DNA from: Eledone cirrhosa
Lineage: Eukaryota
Assembly: GCA_964016885.1 (NCBI GenBank)
Contig: OZ024742.1
Location: forward strand, 203,174,001-203,238,000
Direction: 5' to 3'
Length of the DNA stretch: 64,000 nt
Part shown: positions 24,110-38,644 of the stretch, in pieces
Numbering within the stretch: position 1 is the first letter of the stretch
How the letters are laid out: each line of letters begins with the position of its first letter
The notes under the pieces: generated by a model
What the model was told of the DNA's origin: nothing
The model's input: only the letters and a program-made list of their open reading frames with translations
Databases searched by the model: none
Translations under genes and position numbers: made by a program

Positions 24110-27100
24110 CTAATGGTTGTTGATGTCTGTTGTTGTTGGTGGCTATTGTGTTGGTTGTTGTGATAGTTGTTGTTGTTGGTGTTTGTTGTGGTTGTTGTGA
24201 TAGTTGTTGTTGTTGGTGTCTGTTGTGGTTGTTTTGATAGTCGTTGTTGTTGGTGTCTGTTGTGGTTGTTGTGATAGTTGTTGTTGTTGCTGTCTATTGT
24301 GGTTGATGTGATAGTTGTTGTTGTTGTTGTCTATTGTGGCTGTTGTGATAGTTGTTGTTGTTGGTGTCTGTTGTGGTTGTGATAGTTGTTGTTGTTGGTG
24401 TATGTTGTTGTTGCTGTGATAGTTGTTGTTGTTGCTGTCTGTTGTTGTTGTGATAGTTATTGTTGTTGGTGTCTGTTGTTGTTGTTGTGATAGTTGTTGT
24501 TGGTGTCTGTGGTGGTTGTTGTTGTTGGTGTCTCTTGTGGTTGTTGTGATAGTTGTTGTTGATGTTGGTAGTTGTGGTTGTTGTGATAGTTGTTGTTGTT
24601 GGTGTCTGTTGTGGTTGTTGTGATAGTTGTTGTTGTTGGTGGCTGTTGTGGTTGCTGTGATAGTTGTTGTTGATGGTGTCTGTTGTGGTTGTTGTGATAG
24701 TCGTTGTTGTTGGTGTCTGTTGTGGTTGTTGTGATAGTTATTGTTGTTGTTGTTAGTTGTGGTTGTTGTGATAGTTGTTGTTGGTGTCTGTTATGGTTGT
24801 TGTGATAGTTGTTGTTGTTGGTGTCTGTTGTTTTGTTGTGATAGTTGCTGTTGTTGGTGGCTGTTGTGGTTGTTGTGATAGTTGTTGTTGGTGTCTGTTG
24901 TGGTTGTTGTGATAGTTGTTGTTGGTTTCTGTTGTGGTTGTTGTGATAGTTGTTGTCGTTGGTGTCAGTTGTGGTTGTTGTGATAGTTGTTGTTGTTGCT
25001 GTCTGTTGTGGTTGTTGTGAGAGTTGTTGTTGTTGCTGTCAGTTGTGGTTGTTGTGATAGTTGTTGTTGTTGGTGTCTGTTGTGGTTGTTGTGATAGATC
25101 TTGTTGTTGGTGTCTGTTGTGGTTGTTGTGATAGTTGTTGTTGCTGTCTGTTGTCGTTGTTGTGATAGTTGTTGTTGTTGGTGTCTGTTGTGGTTGTTGA
25201 GATAGTTGTTGTTGTTGTTGTTAGTTGTGGTTGTTGTGATAGTTGTTGTTGTTGGTGACTGTTGTGGTTGTTGTGATAGTTGTTGTTGTTGGTGTCTGTT
25301 GTGGTTGTTGTGATAGTTGTTGTTGTTGGTGTCAGTTGTGGTTGTTGTGATAGTTGGTGTCTGTTTGTGGTTGTTGTGATAGTTGTTGTTGTTGGTGTCT
25401 GTTGTGGTTGTTGTGATAGATCTTGTTGTTGGTGTCTGTTGTGGTTGTTGTGATAGTTGTTGTTGTTGGTGTCTGTTGTGGTTGTTGTTATAGTTGTTGT
25501 TAGTGTCTGTTGTGGTTGTTGTGAGAGTTGTTGTTGTTGGTGTCATTTGTGGTTGTTGTGATATTTGTTGTTGTTGGTGTCTGTTGTGGTTGTTGTGATA
25601 GATGTTGTTGTTGGTGTCGGTTGTTGTTGTTGTGATAGGTGTTGTTGGTGTCTGTTGTGGTTGTTGTGAAAGTTGTTGTTGTTGGTGTCTGTTGTGGTTG
25701 TTGTGATAGTTGTTGTTGCTATTCTCTGTTGTTATTGTTGTGATATTTGTTGTTGTTGGTGTCTGTTGTGGTTGTTGTAATAGTTGTTGTTGTTGGTGTC
25801 TGTTGTGGTTGTTGTGATAGCTGTTGTGATAGATGTGGTTGTTGGGATAGTTGTTGTTGTTGATGTCTGTTGTGATCGTTGTGATAGTTGTTGATGTCGT
25901 GATAGTTGTTGTTGTTGTGAATATTGTTGTTGCTGGTGTTGTTGTGGTTGTTGTCATAGTTGTTGTTGTTGGTGTTGTTGTGGTTGTTGTGATAGTTGTT
26001 GTTGGTGTTAGTTGTGGTCGTTGTGATAGTTGTTCTTGGTGTCTTTTGTGGTTGTTGTGATATGTGTTGTTGTTGTGATAGTTGTGGTTGTTGGTGCCCG
26101 TTGTGGCTGTTGTGATAGTTTTTGTTGTTGTAATAGTTGTGGTTGTTGTGATAGTTGTTTGTTGCTATTGTCTGTTGTGTTTGTTGTGAAAGTTGTGTTT
26201 GTTGGTGTCTGTTCTGTTTGTTGTTAGTGACAGTTGTGGTTGTTGTGATAGTTTTTGTTGTTGGTGTCTGTTGTGGTTGTTGTGATAGTTGTTGTTGTTG
26301 GTGTCTGTTGTGGTTGTTGTGATAGTTGTTGGTGTCTGTTGTGGTTGTTGTGATAGTTGTTGTTGTTGGTGTCTGTTATGGTTGTTGTGATAGTTGTTGT
26401 TGTTGGTGACTGTTGTGGTTGTTCTGATAGTTGTTGTTGTCGGTGTCTGTTTTTGTTGTTGTGATAGTTGTTGTTGTTGGTGTCTGTTGTGGTTGTTGTG
26501 ATAGTTGTTGATGTTGGTGTCTGTTGTGGTTGTTGTGATAGTTGTTGTTGTTGGTGTCTGTGATGGTTGTTGTGATAGCCGTTGTTGTTGGTGTTAGTTG
26601 TGGTTGTTGTGATAGTTGTTTTTGCTGGTGTCTGTTATTGTTGTTGTGATAGTTGTTGTTGTTGGTGTCTGTTCTGGTTGTTGTGATAGTTGTTGTTGTT
26701 GTTGTCAGTTGTGGTTGTTGTGATAGTTGTTGTTGTTGTCAGTTGTGGTTGTTGTGATAGTTGTTGTTGGTGTTAGTTATGGTTGTTGTCATAGTTGTTG
26801 TCTGTTGTGGTTGTTGTGATAGTTGTTGTTGTTGTCAGTTGTGGTTGTTGTGATAGTTGTTGTTGGTGTCGGTTGTGGTTGTTGTGATAGTTGTTGTTGG
26901 TGTTAGTTATGGTTGTTGTGATAGTTGTTGTTGTTGGTGTCTGTTGTGATTGTTGTGATAGTTGTTGTTGTTGTTGTCTGTTGTGGTTGTTGTGATAGTT
27001 GTTGTTGGTGTTAGTTGTGGTTGTTGTGATAGTTGTTGTTTGTGATAGTTGTTTTTGTTGTTGTCTGTTGTGGTTGTAGTGATAGTTGTTGTTGGTGTTA

Positions 27101-30100
27101 GTTGTGGTTGTTGTGATAGTTGTTGTTGTTGGTGTCTGTTGTGGTTGTTGTGATAGTTGTTGTTGTTGGTTTCAGTTGTGGTTGTTTTGATAGTTGTTGT
27201 TGGTGTCAGTTGTGGTTGTTGTGATAGTTGTTGTTGTTGTTGTTAGTGTCTGTTGTGGTTGTTGTGATAGTTGTTGTCGCTGGTGTCTGTTGTGGTTGTT
27301 GTGATAGTTGTTGTTGTTGGTGTCTATTGTGGTTGTTGTGATAGTTGTTGTTGTTGGTATCAGTTGTGGTTGTTGTGATAGTTGTTGTTGTTGGTGTCTG
27401 TTGTGCTTGTTGTGATAGTTGTTGTTGGTGTTAGTTGTGGTTGTTGTGATAGTTGTTGTTGTTGGTGTCTGTTGTGGTTGTTGTGATAGTTGTTGTTGGT
27501 GTTAGTTGTGGTTGTTGTGATAGTTGTTGTTGTTGGTATCAGTTGTGGTTGTTGTGATAGTTGTTGTTGTTGGTGTCTGTTGTGGTTGTTGTGATAGTTG
27601 TTGTTGGTGTTAGTTGTGGTTGTTGTGATAGTTGTTGTTGTTGGTGTCTGTTGTGGTTGTTGTGATAGTTGTTGTTGGTGTTAGTTGTGGTTGTTGTGAT
27701 AGTTGTTGTTGTTGGAGTCTGTTGTGGTTGTTGTGATAGTTGTTGTTGGTGTCAGTTGTGGTTGTTGTGATAGTTGTTGTTGTTGGTGTCTGTTGTGGTT
27801 GTTGTGATAGTTGTTGTTGTTGGTGTCTGTTGTGGTTGTTGTGATAATTGTTGTTGGTGTCAGTTGTGGTTGTTGTGATAGTTGTTGTTGTTGTTGTTAG
27901 TGTCTGTTGTGGTTGTTGTGATAGTTGTTGTCGCTTGTGTCGGTTGTGGTTGTTGTGATAGTTGTTATTGTTGGTGTCCATTGTGGTTGTTGTGATAGTT
28001 GTTGTTGTTGGTGTCTGTTGTGGTTGTTGTGATAGTTGTTGTTGGTGTCTGTTGTGGTTGTTGTGATAGTTGATGTTGGTGTTAGTTGTGGTTGTTGTGA
28101 TAGTTGTTGTTGTTGGTTTTAGTTGTGGTTGTTTTGATAGTTGTTGTTGCTGGTGTCTGTTGTGGTTGTTGTGATAGTTGTTGTTGTTGGTGTCTATTGT
28201 TGTTGTGATAGTTTTTGTTGTTGGTGTCAGTTGTGGTTGTTCTGATAGTTGTTGTTGTTGGTGTCTGTTGTGGTTGTTGTTGTTGGTTTCAGTTGTGGTT
28301 GTTGTGATAGTTGTTGTTGTTGGTGTCTGTTGTGGTTGTTGTGATAGTTGTTGTTGTTGGTATCAGTTGTGGTTGTTGTGATAGTTGTTGTTGTTGGTGT
28401 CTGTTGTGGTTGTTGTGATAGTTGTTGTTTGTGTCAGTTGTGGTTGTTGTGATAGTTGTTGTTGTTGGTTTCAGTTGTGGTTGTTTTGATAGTTGTTGTT
28501 GCTGGTGTCTGTTGTGGTTGTTGTGATAGTTGTTGTTGTTGGTGTCTGTTGCTTTTGTGATAGTTTTTCTTGTTGGTGTGAGTTGTGGTTGTTGTGATAG
28601 TTGTTGTTGTTGGTGTCAGTTGTGGTTGTTGTGATAGTTGTTGTTGTTGGTTTCAGTTATTGTTGTTGTGATAGTTGTTGTTGTTGTGATAGTTGTTGTT
28701 GTTGGTATCAGTTGTGGTTGTTGTGATAGTTGTTGTTGTTGGTGTCTGTTGTGGTTGTTGTGATAGTTGTTGTTGGTGTTAGTTGTGGTTGTTGTGATAG
28801 TTGTTGTTGTTGGTGTCTGTTGTGGTTGTTGTGATAGTTGTTGTTGGTGTTAGTTGTGGTTGTTGTGATAGTTGTTGTTGTTGGAGTCTGTTGTGGTTGT
28901 TGTGATAGTTGTTGTTGGTGTCAGTTGTGGTTGTTGTGATAGTTGTTGTTGTTGTTGTTAGTGTCTGTTGTGGTTGTTGTGATAGTTGTTGTCGCTTGTG
29001 TCGGTTGTGGTTGTTGTGATAGTTGTTATTGTTGGTGTCCATTGTGGTTGTTGTGATAGTTGTTGTTGTTGGTGTCTGTTGTGGTTGTTGTGATAGTTGT
29101 TGTTGGTGTCTGTTGTGGTTGTTGTGATAGTTGATGTTGGTGTTAGTTGTGGTTGTTGTGATAGTTGTTGTCGTTGGTATCTGTTGTGGTTGTTGTGATA
29201 GTTGTTGTTGTTGGTTTCAGTTGTGGTTTTTGTGAGAGTTGTTTTTGTCCGTTGTGGTTGTTGTGATAGTTGTTGTTGGTGTTAGTTGTGGTTGTTGTGA
29301 TAGTTGTTGTTGTTGCTGTCTATTGTGGTTGATGTGATAGTTGTTGTTGTTGGTGTCTGTTGTGGTTGTTGTGATAGTTGTTGATGTTGGTGTCTGTTGT
29401 GGTTGTTGTGATAGTTGTTGTTGTTGGTGTCTGTGATGGTTGTTGTGATAGCCGTTGTTGTTGGTGTTAGTTGTGGTTGTTGTGATAGTTGTTTTTGCTG
29501 GTGTCTGTTATTGTTGTTGTGATAGTTGTTGTTGTTGGTGTCTGTTCTGGTTGTTGTGATAGTTGTTGTTGTTGTTGTCAGTTGTGGTTGTTGTGATAGT
29601 TGTTGTTGTTGTCAGTTGTGGTTGTTGTGATAGTTGTTGTTGGTGTTAGTTATGGTTGTTGTCATAGTTGTTGTCTGTTGTGGTTGTTGTGATAGTTGTT
29701 GTTGTTGTCAGTTGTGGTTGTTGTGATAGTTGTTGTTGGTGTCGGTTGTGGTTGTTGTGATAGTTGTTGTTGGTGTTAGTTATGGTTGTTGTGATAGTTG
29801 TTGTTGTTGGTGTCTGTTGTGATTGTTGTGATAGTTGTTGTTGTTGTTGTCTGTTGTGGTTGTTGTGATAGTTGTTGTTGGTGTTAGTTGTGGTTGTTGT
29901 GATAGTTGTTGTTTGTGATAGTTGTTTTTGTTGTTGTCTGTTGTGGTTGTAGTGATAGTTGTTGTTGGTGTTAGTTGTGGTTGTTGTGATAGTTGTTGTT
30001 GTTGGTGTCTGTTGTGGTTGTTGTGATAGTTGTTGTTGTTGGTTTCAGTTGTGGTTGTTTTGATAGTTGTTGTTGGTGTCAGTTGTGGTTGTTGTGATAG

Positions 30101-33100
30101 TTGTTGTTGTTGTTGTTAGTGTCTGTTGTGGTTGTTGTGATAGTTGTTGTCGCTGGTGTCTGTTGTGGTTGTTGTGATAGTTGTTGTTGTTGGTGTCTAT
30201 TGTGGTTGTTGTGATAGTTGTTGTTGTTGGTATCAGTTGTGGTTGTTGTGATAGTTGTTGTTGTTGGTGTCTGTTGTGCTTGTTGTGATAGTTGTTGTTG
30301 GTGTTAGTTGTGGTTGTTGTGATAGTTGTTGTTGTTGGTGTCTGTTGTGGTTGTTGTGATAGTTGTTGTTGGTGTTAGTTGTGGTTGTTGTGATAGTTGT
30401 TGTTGTTGGTATCAGTTGTGGTTGTTGTGATAGTTGTTGTTGTTGGTGTCTGTTGTGGTTGTTGTGATAGTTGTTGTTGGTGTTAGTTGTGGTTGTTGTG
30501 ATAGTTGTTGTTGTTGGTGTCTGTTGTGGTTGTTGTGATAGTTGTTGTTGGTGTTAGTTGTGGTTGTTGTGATAGTTGTTGTTGTTGGAGTCTGTTGTGG
30601 TTGTTGTGATAGTTGTTGTTGGTGTCAGTTGTGGTTGTTGTGATAGTTGTTGTTGTTGGTGTCTGTTGTGGTTGTTGTGATAGTTGTTGTTGTTGGTGTC
30701 TGTTGTGGTTGTTGTGATAATTGTTGTTGGTGTCAGTTGTGGTTGTTGTGATAGTTGTTGTTGTTGTTGTTAGTGTCTGTTGTGGTTGTTGTGATAGTTG
30801 TTGTCGCTTGTGTCGGTTGTGGTTGTTGTGATAGTTGTTATTGTTGGTGTCCATTGTGGTTGTTGTGATAGTTGTTGTTGTTGGTGTCTGTTGTGGTTGT
30901 TGTGATAGTTGTTGTTGGTGTCTGTTGTGGTTGTTGTGATAGTTGATGTTGGTGTTAGTTGTGGTTGTTGTGATAGTTGTTGTTGTTGGTTTTAGTTGTG
31001 GTTGTTTTGATAGTTGTTGTTGCTGGTGTCTGTTGTGGTTGTTGTGATAGTTGTTGTTGTTGGTGTCTATTGTTGTTGTGATAGTTTTTGTTGTTGGTGT
31101 CAGTTGTGGTTGTTCTGATAGTTGTTGTTGTTGGTGTCTGTTGTGGTTGTTGTTGTTGGTTTCAGTTGTGGTTGTTGTGATAGTTGTTGTTGTTGGTGTC
31201 TGTTGTGGTTGTTGTGATAGTTGTTGTTGTTGGTATCAGTTGTGGTTGTTGTGATAGTTGTTGTTGTTGGTGTCTGTTGTGGTTGTTGTGATAGTTGTTG
31301 TTTGTGTCAGTTGTGGTTGTTGTGATAGTTGTTGTTGTTGGTTTCAGTTGTGGTTGTTTTGATAGTTGTTGTTGCTGGTGTCTGTTGTGGTTGTTGTGAT
31401 AGTTGTTGTTGTTGGTGTCTGTTGCTTTTGTGATAGTTTTTCTTGTTGGTGTGAGTTGTGGTTGTTGTGATAGTTGTTGTTGTTGGTGTCAGTTGTGGTT
31501 GTTGTGATAGTTGTTGTTGTTGGTTTCAGTTATTGTTGTTGTGATAGTTGTTGTTGTTGTGATAGTTGTTGTTGTTGGTATCAGTTGTGGTTGTTGTGAT
31601 AGTTGTTGTTGTTGGTGTCTGTTGTGGTTGTTGTGATAGTTGTTGTTGGTGTTAGTTGTGGTTGTTGTGATAGTTGTTGTTGTTGGTGTCTGTTGTGGTT
31701 GTTGTGATAGTTGTTGTTGGTGTTAGTTGTGGTTGTTGTGATAGTTGTTGTTGTTGGAGTCTGTTGTGGTTGTTGTGATAGTTGTTGTTGGTGTCAGTTG
31801 TGGTTGTTGTGATAGTTGTTGTTGTTGTTGTTAGTGTCTGTTGTGGTTGTTGTGATAGTTGTTGTCGCTTGTGTCGGTTGTGGTTGTTGTGATAGTTGTT
31901 ATTGTTGGTGTCCATTGTGGTTGTTGTGATAGTTGTTGTTGTTGGTGTCTGTTGTGGTTGTTGTGATAGTTGTTGTTGGTGTCTGTTGTGGTTGTTGTGA
32001 TAGTTGATGTTGGTGTTAGTTGTGGTTGTTGTGATAGTTGTTGTCGTTGGTATCTGTTGTGGTTGTTGTGATAGTTGTTGTTGTTGGTTTCAGTTGTGGT
32101 TTTTGTGAGAGTTGTTTTTGTCCGTTGTGGTTGTTGTGATAGTTGTTGTTGGTGTTAGTTGTGGTTGTTGTGATAGTTGTTGTTGTCTGTTGTGGTTGTT
32201 GTGATAGTTGTTGTCGCTGGTGTCGGTTGTGGTTGTTGTGATAGTTGTTATTGTTGGTGTCCATTGTGGTTGTTGTGATAGTTGTTGTTGTTGGTGTCTG
32301 TTGTGGTTGTTGTGATAGTTGTTGTTGGTGTCTGTTGTGGTTGTTGTGATAGTTGATGTTGGTGTTAGTTGTGGTTGTTGTGATAGTTGTTGTTGTTGGT
32401 ATCTGTTGTGGTTGTTGTGATAGTTGTTGTTGTTGGTTTCAGTTGTGGTTTTTGTGAGAGTTGTTTTTGTCTGTTGTGGTTATTGTGATAGTTGTTGTTG
32501 GTGTTAGTTGTGGTTGTTGTGATAATTGTTGTTGTTTGTGTCAGTTGTGGTTGTCGTGATAGTTGTTGTTGTTGGTATCAGTTGTGGTTGTTGTGATAGT
32601 TGTTGTTGTTGGTGTCTGTTGTGGTTGTTGTGATAGTTGTTGTTGTTGGTATCAGTTGTGGTTGTTGTGATAGTTTTAGTTGTTGGTGTCTGTTGTGGTT
32701 GTGATAGTTGTTGTTGTTTGTGTCAGTTGTGGTTGTTGTGATAGTTGTTGTTGTTGGTTTTAGTTGTGGTTGTTTTGATAGTTGTTGTTGCTGGTGTCTG
32801 TTGTGGTTGTTGTGATAGTTGTTGTTGTTGGTGTCTATTGTTGTTGTGATAGTTTTTGTTGTTGGTGTCAGTTGTGGTTGTTCTGATAGTTGTTGTTGTT
32901 GGTGTCTGTTGTGGTTGTTGTTGTTGGTTTCAGTTGTGGTTGTTGTGATAGTTGTTGTTGTTGGTGTCTGTTGTGGTTGTTGTGATAGTTGTTGTTGTTG
33001 GTATCAGTTGTGGTTGTTGTGATAGTTGTTGTTGTTGGTGTCTGTTGTGGTTGTTGTGATAGTTGTTGTTTGTGTCAGTTGTGGTTGTTGTGATAGTTGT

Positions 33101-33830
33101 TGTTGTTGGTTTCAGTTGTGGTTGTTTTGATAGTTGTTGTTGCTGGTGTCTGTTGTGGTTGTTGTGATAGTTGTTGTTGTTGGTGTCTGTTGCTTTTGTG
33201 ATAGTTTTTGTTGTTGGTGTGAGTTGTGGTTGTTGTGATAGTTGTTGTTGTTGGTGTCAGTTGTGGTTGTTGTGATAGTTGTTGTTGTTGGTTTCAGTTA
33301 TTGTTGTTGTGATAGTTGTTGTTGTTGTGATAGTTGTTGTTGTTGGTATCAGTTGTGGTTGTTGTGATAGTTTTTGTTGTTGGTGTTTGTTGTGGTTGTT
33401 GTGATAGTTGTTGTTGTTGGTGTCTGTTGTGGTTTTCGTGATTAGTTGTTGTTGTTGGTGTTAGTTGTGGTTGTTGTGATAGTTGTTGTTGTTGTTACTG
33501 TCTGTTGTGGTTGTTGTGATAGTTGTTGTTGTTGGTTTCAGTTATGGTTGTTTTGAAAGTTGTTGTTGCCGGTGTCTGTTGTTTTTGTCGGTGTCAGTTG
33601 TGGTTGTTGTGATAGTTGTTTTTGTTGTTAAATGTCTGGTGTGGTCGTTGTGATAGTTGTTGTTGTGATATCTGTTGTTGTTGGTGTCTATTGTGGTTGT
33701 TGTGATAGTTTTTGATGTGGTGTTTGTTGTTGTTGGTGTCTGTTGTGGTTGTTGTGATAGTTGTTGTTGTTGGTGTCTGTTGTGGTTGTTGTGATAGTTT
33801 TTGATGTGGTGGCTGTTGTTCCTCGTGTCT
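24110..33830. repeat. ~9.7-kb satellite of 37/34-bp units (gatagttgttgttgttggtgtctgttgtggttgttgt) with higher-order duplication
   Basis: Diagnostic variants and identical pseudo-ORFs recur at +2873 (27610/30483, 28178/31051, 28779/31652). Confidence 0.95.
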
Positions 33831-35242
33831 GTTGTGTTGGTGACTACTGTTCTGTTGGCTGTGATCGTGGTTGTAAGGAGTAAATTTACTATTCTTGAGG
33901 TTGTTGTTGTTCGGTCGTTATTATTGTTCCCAATAATATGTCTGTTATTGTTTAGTCCCAGTTCAGCACCGGTTCAGCAAGCTATTAAAATAAGCTTTCC
34001 AACCATGACCATCCAATTTTCCGTCTAGGCTTAGCATAACATTTTTAAAAGGTAGGAGGATGTGATATGAAGGGCATTTTGCTATTATTTCTGTCAGGTC
34101 GTCTGAAGCCGTAGCGGTCCAAGGTTTTTGTTTGTTGATGTTCATGCTCAGATTACATCTGTTCTAGCACACATATAATCATAAGTATTCCAGTTGTGAC
34201 CATCCCCTCATTTTAGAGAAATAACAGATTGACTTTCATCAGTAGCTCTCAGGGGTCAGGCCACGTTGCTCCCCATGAAATCCTGGACTTCCACAATTTT
34301 CCACCATTTTGAATTTTCACCTAGCAACTTTTTCACCAAAATCTCAAATATTAAAACATTTTATTAAAGTAAATTATTTTAAGATTTTGTGAACTGCCAA
34401 TGCGTGATCGGTATTATGGTTGAGTATACCGGTATTTCCTTTGATATATACATAATGTACTCTATTTTTTTATAGTTTAGAGTCTGCTCATGACAAACAT
34501 TCCTCCCTAATTTCTCACTTGGGAGACAACTGTCTACCATTTACAAATAACTGTATTAGATAGTAACTAAACGAAGAAAGAGAAGATTAATTAAATAGCG
34601 AAAGTAGGGAAACGAGGGAGGGAGCTGTAGGTTCTACACATCAGTCAAGGAACTCTTTCGTCCTAAATAATAGAGGGGGGGGGGACAAGTGGGGTGGGGG
34701 TTAATAAGTGAGGGGTGAGGTAGAATAAGTGGGAGGGGGTCGGTAATTTTTCTAGGTTTTCTCTGTTGATTTTTTAGGAAACAGAATTAGTCCTTAGTTT
34801 ACATCCTATTTGTGTTATAACGTATGGGATTTCAAGTAATGTACTTTTTTGTCATGTATAATGTTTCCTAATGTATAAAGAAAACTAATTGCCATGGGAA
34901 TGCTACCACTTAAAATAAAATTTCGCTGGAGATAGTTAGCAGCGATGGGAGAGATAGGGTGGATGTTGTGTAATAAGAGCGGGGATGGTTGGAAAAAATC
35001 GAAAAAATGAATAACCGTAGGGGTGGGAGATTATTCGAGATCCAAGTGTAGTGTATCTCAATTGTGCCCCGCGGACAAAATAGCGAAGGCATTGTCAGAA
35101 ACTGCTAGCAAAATCAGCCGTATCAGCCACACACCTTCACGGGGCAGCTCCCTCAGGCGTTATACGTCTCCTGATTTTGCAGAGGTGAATACCAATTCGG
35201 GGACTGAAGAAACCGGAGATCGCGAAGGTAGATTATCTAGAT

Positions 35243-35561
35243 CAGGCGCGTGCAGAAGGTGGCCCGCGGGCCACAACCCGGCCCGCCAGACCAGTCAGAG
35301 TGGCCCGCGATGACCGTTTTTAATGTTTAACTTGTAGTCTTATTTAGAATTTTTTTCGTAATCGTAATACAATTTTCTGTTAGTTGACCCAAACTAACGG
35401 ACTTCAGTGATAGGGTTATGTGTGTTATAATTTCCCAGTTTCATGTTATGGAAGGAAGTTGTGGTTTTAATTAGATTACATATTTTTGAGAGTGACTGGC
35501 CCTAATAGTTGTTGCAGTGTTCAAAAGTGGCCTGCCAATGGGAATGTGTTACACACCCCTG
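35243..35561. mobile_element. hAT (Charlie-like) non-autonomous DNA transposon, 319 bp
   Basis: 8-bp TSD ATCTAGAT at 35235-42 and 35562-69; TIRs caggcgcgtgca / tacacacccctg; subterminal ggcccgc repeats. Confidence 0.9.
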
Positions 35562-35797
35562 ATCTAGATCATCCCCGGAGAGCTTTCCGTTTTTAAAGAA
35601 GTCAGCATGCCTTAAAGGAGATTTGGTTGCTGTTTCGAGCAGGTCCGGCGATGGCTTACAGGTTTCATCATTGATTTGTCCTTTGTTGTGATAATGTTTG
35701 TATCTAGTTAAATACTAATATTGTGTTATGGACTATGTTGTATTATGGTCTTTATTGTTTATTTGTCAATGGCGTGCTATGATCTGTGTGGTGTATT

Positions 35798-35994
<197 letters not shown>

Positions 35995-36356
35995 GTATGT
36001 CACGCCCCCCCCCCACACACACATTCACTTGCTCCAAAAATACAAAGTATGCAACAGAAAACTGCGAAACAACAATAATTATTCAAGTGTCATCGAATTA
36101 TCTCCTCTTGCCTGCCATCGTCCGTGAGATGGCGCTCAGGTAGTCATAGGATCAAACACCAAATTGATATGCAACGGAATCAGATTCTTTAGAAGCATTC
36201 GATATTCTTTATACTGTATCCTTTCTCCGTAATGTATGCATACACATATGTATAAGTTATATATAGATATATAAATTTATATACAAACACACACACAGAT
36301 ATATATCTATATATATACATATTTGTATATACATACCCCCCCCCACACACACACAC

Positions 36357-36398
<42 letters not shown>

Positions 36399-36543
36399 CC
36401 CGGTCGCGTCGAAAAGTATGGCGGCCATCATTCTTTTATAAAACACTTTGCTTTTACTATTGAGCTTTGTGTATGTCAAGAGGGCGGTATGAGACTTTGA
36501 GTGTACGTTTGTGTTGATGATTGTGTACGTATGAGCGTGTGTA

Positions 36544-36605
<62 letters not shown>

Positions 36606-36706
36606 TACACACGTATATATATATATACATATATACACACATACATATATATATATATGTATGAATGTATTTATATACACATCAATTAGATATATATTTA
36701 TAACAC

Positions 36707-36749
<43 letters not shown>

Positions 36750-37432
36750 GTGTGTGTGTGTGTGTGTTTGTATGTCTGTGTGAGTGCGTGTTTTGCATTT
36801 CTGCTTTCGTGATTTTCCCTTTGTGTGTGTGTGTGTTTGTGTGTGTTATTGTGTAGATTGTATGTGGGACTTTTCTACATGCATCTGTCCGTATCCAATA
36901 AAATGTATATTTTGTTGTTGTTGTCGTTGTTGTTGTTATTGTTGTTGTTGGTGGTGGTGGTGGTGGTGGTGGGAGGGGATGCTACGATACTTACGTAGCA
37001 ATGTAGTTGTTATTGTTGTAGTTGATGATTTTTCATGGTGTTGTTATTGTTCTGTATTGTTATAGGAATTGGTGTTGAAAGTGTTGTTGTTGTTGAAGAT
37101 ATTGGTGTTGTAGTTTTTGCTAATGCTATATAACTACTGAAGTTGTTGCGTTTTTATTTGGTGGGCATCGTTGTTGGTGGCCATGTTGGTGTTATTAATG
37201 TAGTTGTTGGTGTTAATGTAGCTAGTGATATTATTAATGTAATTGTCGGTGTTGTAGTTGGTGATGTTATTGGTGTTCTAGTTAGTGTTGCTGTTGTTGT
37301 TATTGTTGTTGTTGTTCTTTAGATGGAGCCGGTGTTAGCCTTGGTGATGAAGCTGCTTGGACTGTTATTGGTATCGGAGAAGTGGACGATAGCGTAAAAT
37401 TTCTATTTTTTTCTTTATTATTATTATTATTA

Positions 37433-37491
<59 letters not shown>

Positions 37492-37922
37492 TGGTTGGCT
37501 TCTTCTGCATTCTTCCTTTTCAATAGATATAGATAAAAAACACACAAAAAATCGATGATGTTGGCACAGTTGAGTTGAATTGACAAAGAAGAAGAATAAT
37601 CCTTAGAATGTGGCAACCTAGCGATTTTAGGCGGGTTCTTTAGATGAATGGTAGAAACCAACAGCAGTTTTTGTGTTCAAGACAGGAAACGAGGAAGAAA
37701 AAAAAAGAGATAGAAAGAAACAAAGAAGTAAAAGAAGAAAGAATATACAGAATGAAGGTAGGCATACTGAGGAGGAAGGAGAGAAAGAGAGAGAGAGAGA
37801 TAGAGAGAGATAGATAGATAGATAGATAGATATAGAGAGAGAGACAGACAGACAGAGCGGGTAAGAGACAGGGAAAGAGAAGGGAGAAGTAATGTGGTAT
37901 TCCCATCATATATATATACATA

Positions 37923-38004
<82 letters not shown>

Positions 38005-38121
38005 CATAATACATGATACATATATTATACGCTCACACATTCATAATATACATACACACACATATATATATATATATGCGTGGATGTGTGTGTGTAAATA
38101 TATGCATTATGTTTGTATGAG

Positions 38122-38201
<80 letters not shown>

Positions 38202-38242
38202 CGAAACATAAGTCAATTGCATGAACTCATAATCCTTTATTT

Positions 38243-38298
38243 ACTGCTATATATATTTCGATGATAGCCATTGAGTGGCTATGTCCTCATCCGGCAGT
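38243..38298 (-). ncRNA. Hammerhead motif F5 in a TA-flanked cassette (38198-38352)
   Basis: Minus: actgc cggatga gga-catagcca-ctcaa-tggctat-catc gaaa tatata ta gcagt; the consensus with the 40651 copy restores CUGAUGA. Confidence 0.75.
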
Positions 38299-38349
38299 TA
38301 GTCAGTTCTTAGATATGCCAGCTCTGTGTTTATAGTGTTGATGGTATTG

Positions 38350-38408
<59 letters not shown>

Positions 38409-38613
38409 ACATACTGTTATTACATACATATGGGCATACATACAAGTATACAAAATGGAGAAAGAACACAGTAAAAGGGAGAAGGAGAGATAGGGGGAGA
38501 GAAATTTATTAGCCCCACACCACGCCTAACTTCATCGCCCTCATATTCAAATCATGAAAATACAAATGAAATAGGAAAGATTTTGTTCCATGTCAGATCA
38601 AAAATGTAAGATA

Positions 38614-38644
<31 letters not shown>

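Noticed and set aside
24110-33830. Thr/Asn/Gln-rich minus-strand ORFs resembling a mucin
   Set aside because: The 37/34-bp unit is not a multiple of 3, so the frame rotates every unit; openness reflects T-poor composition.
24110-33830. CRISPR-like array (37-bp period)
   Set aside because: Units are contiguous with no unique spacers, there are no cas genes, and the context is eukaryotic.
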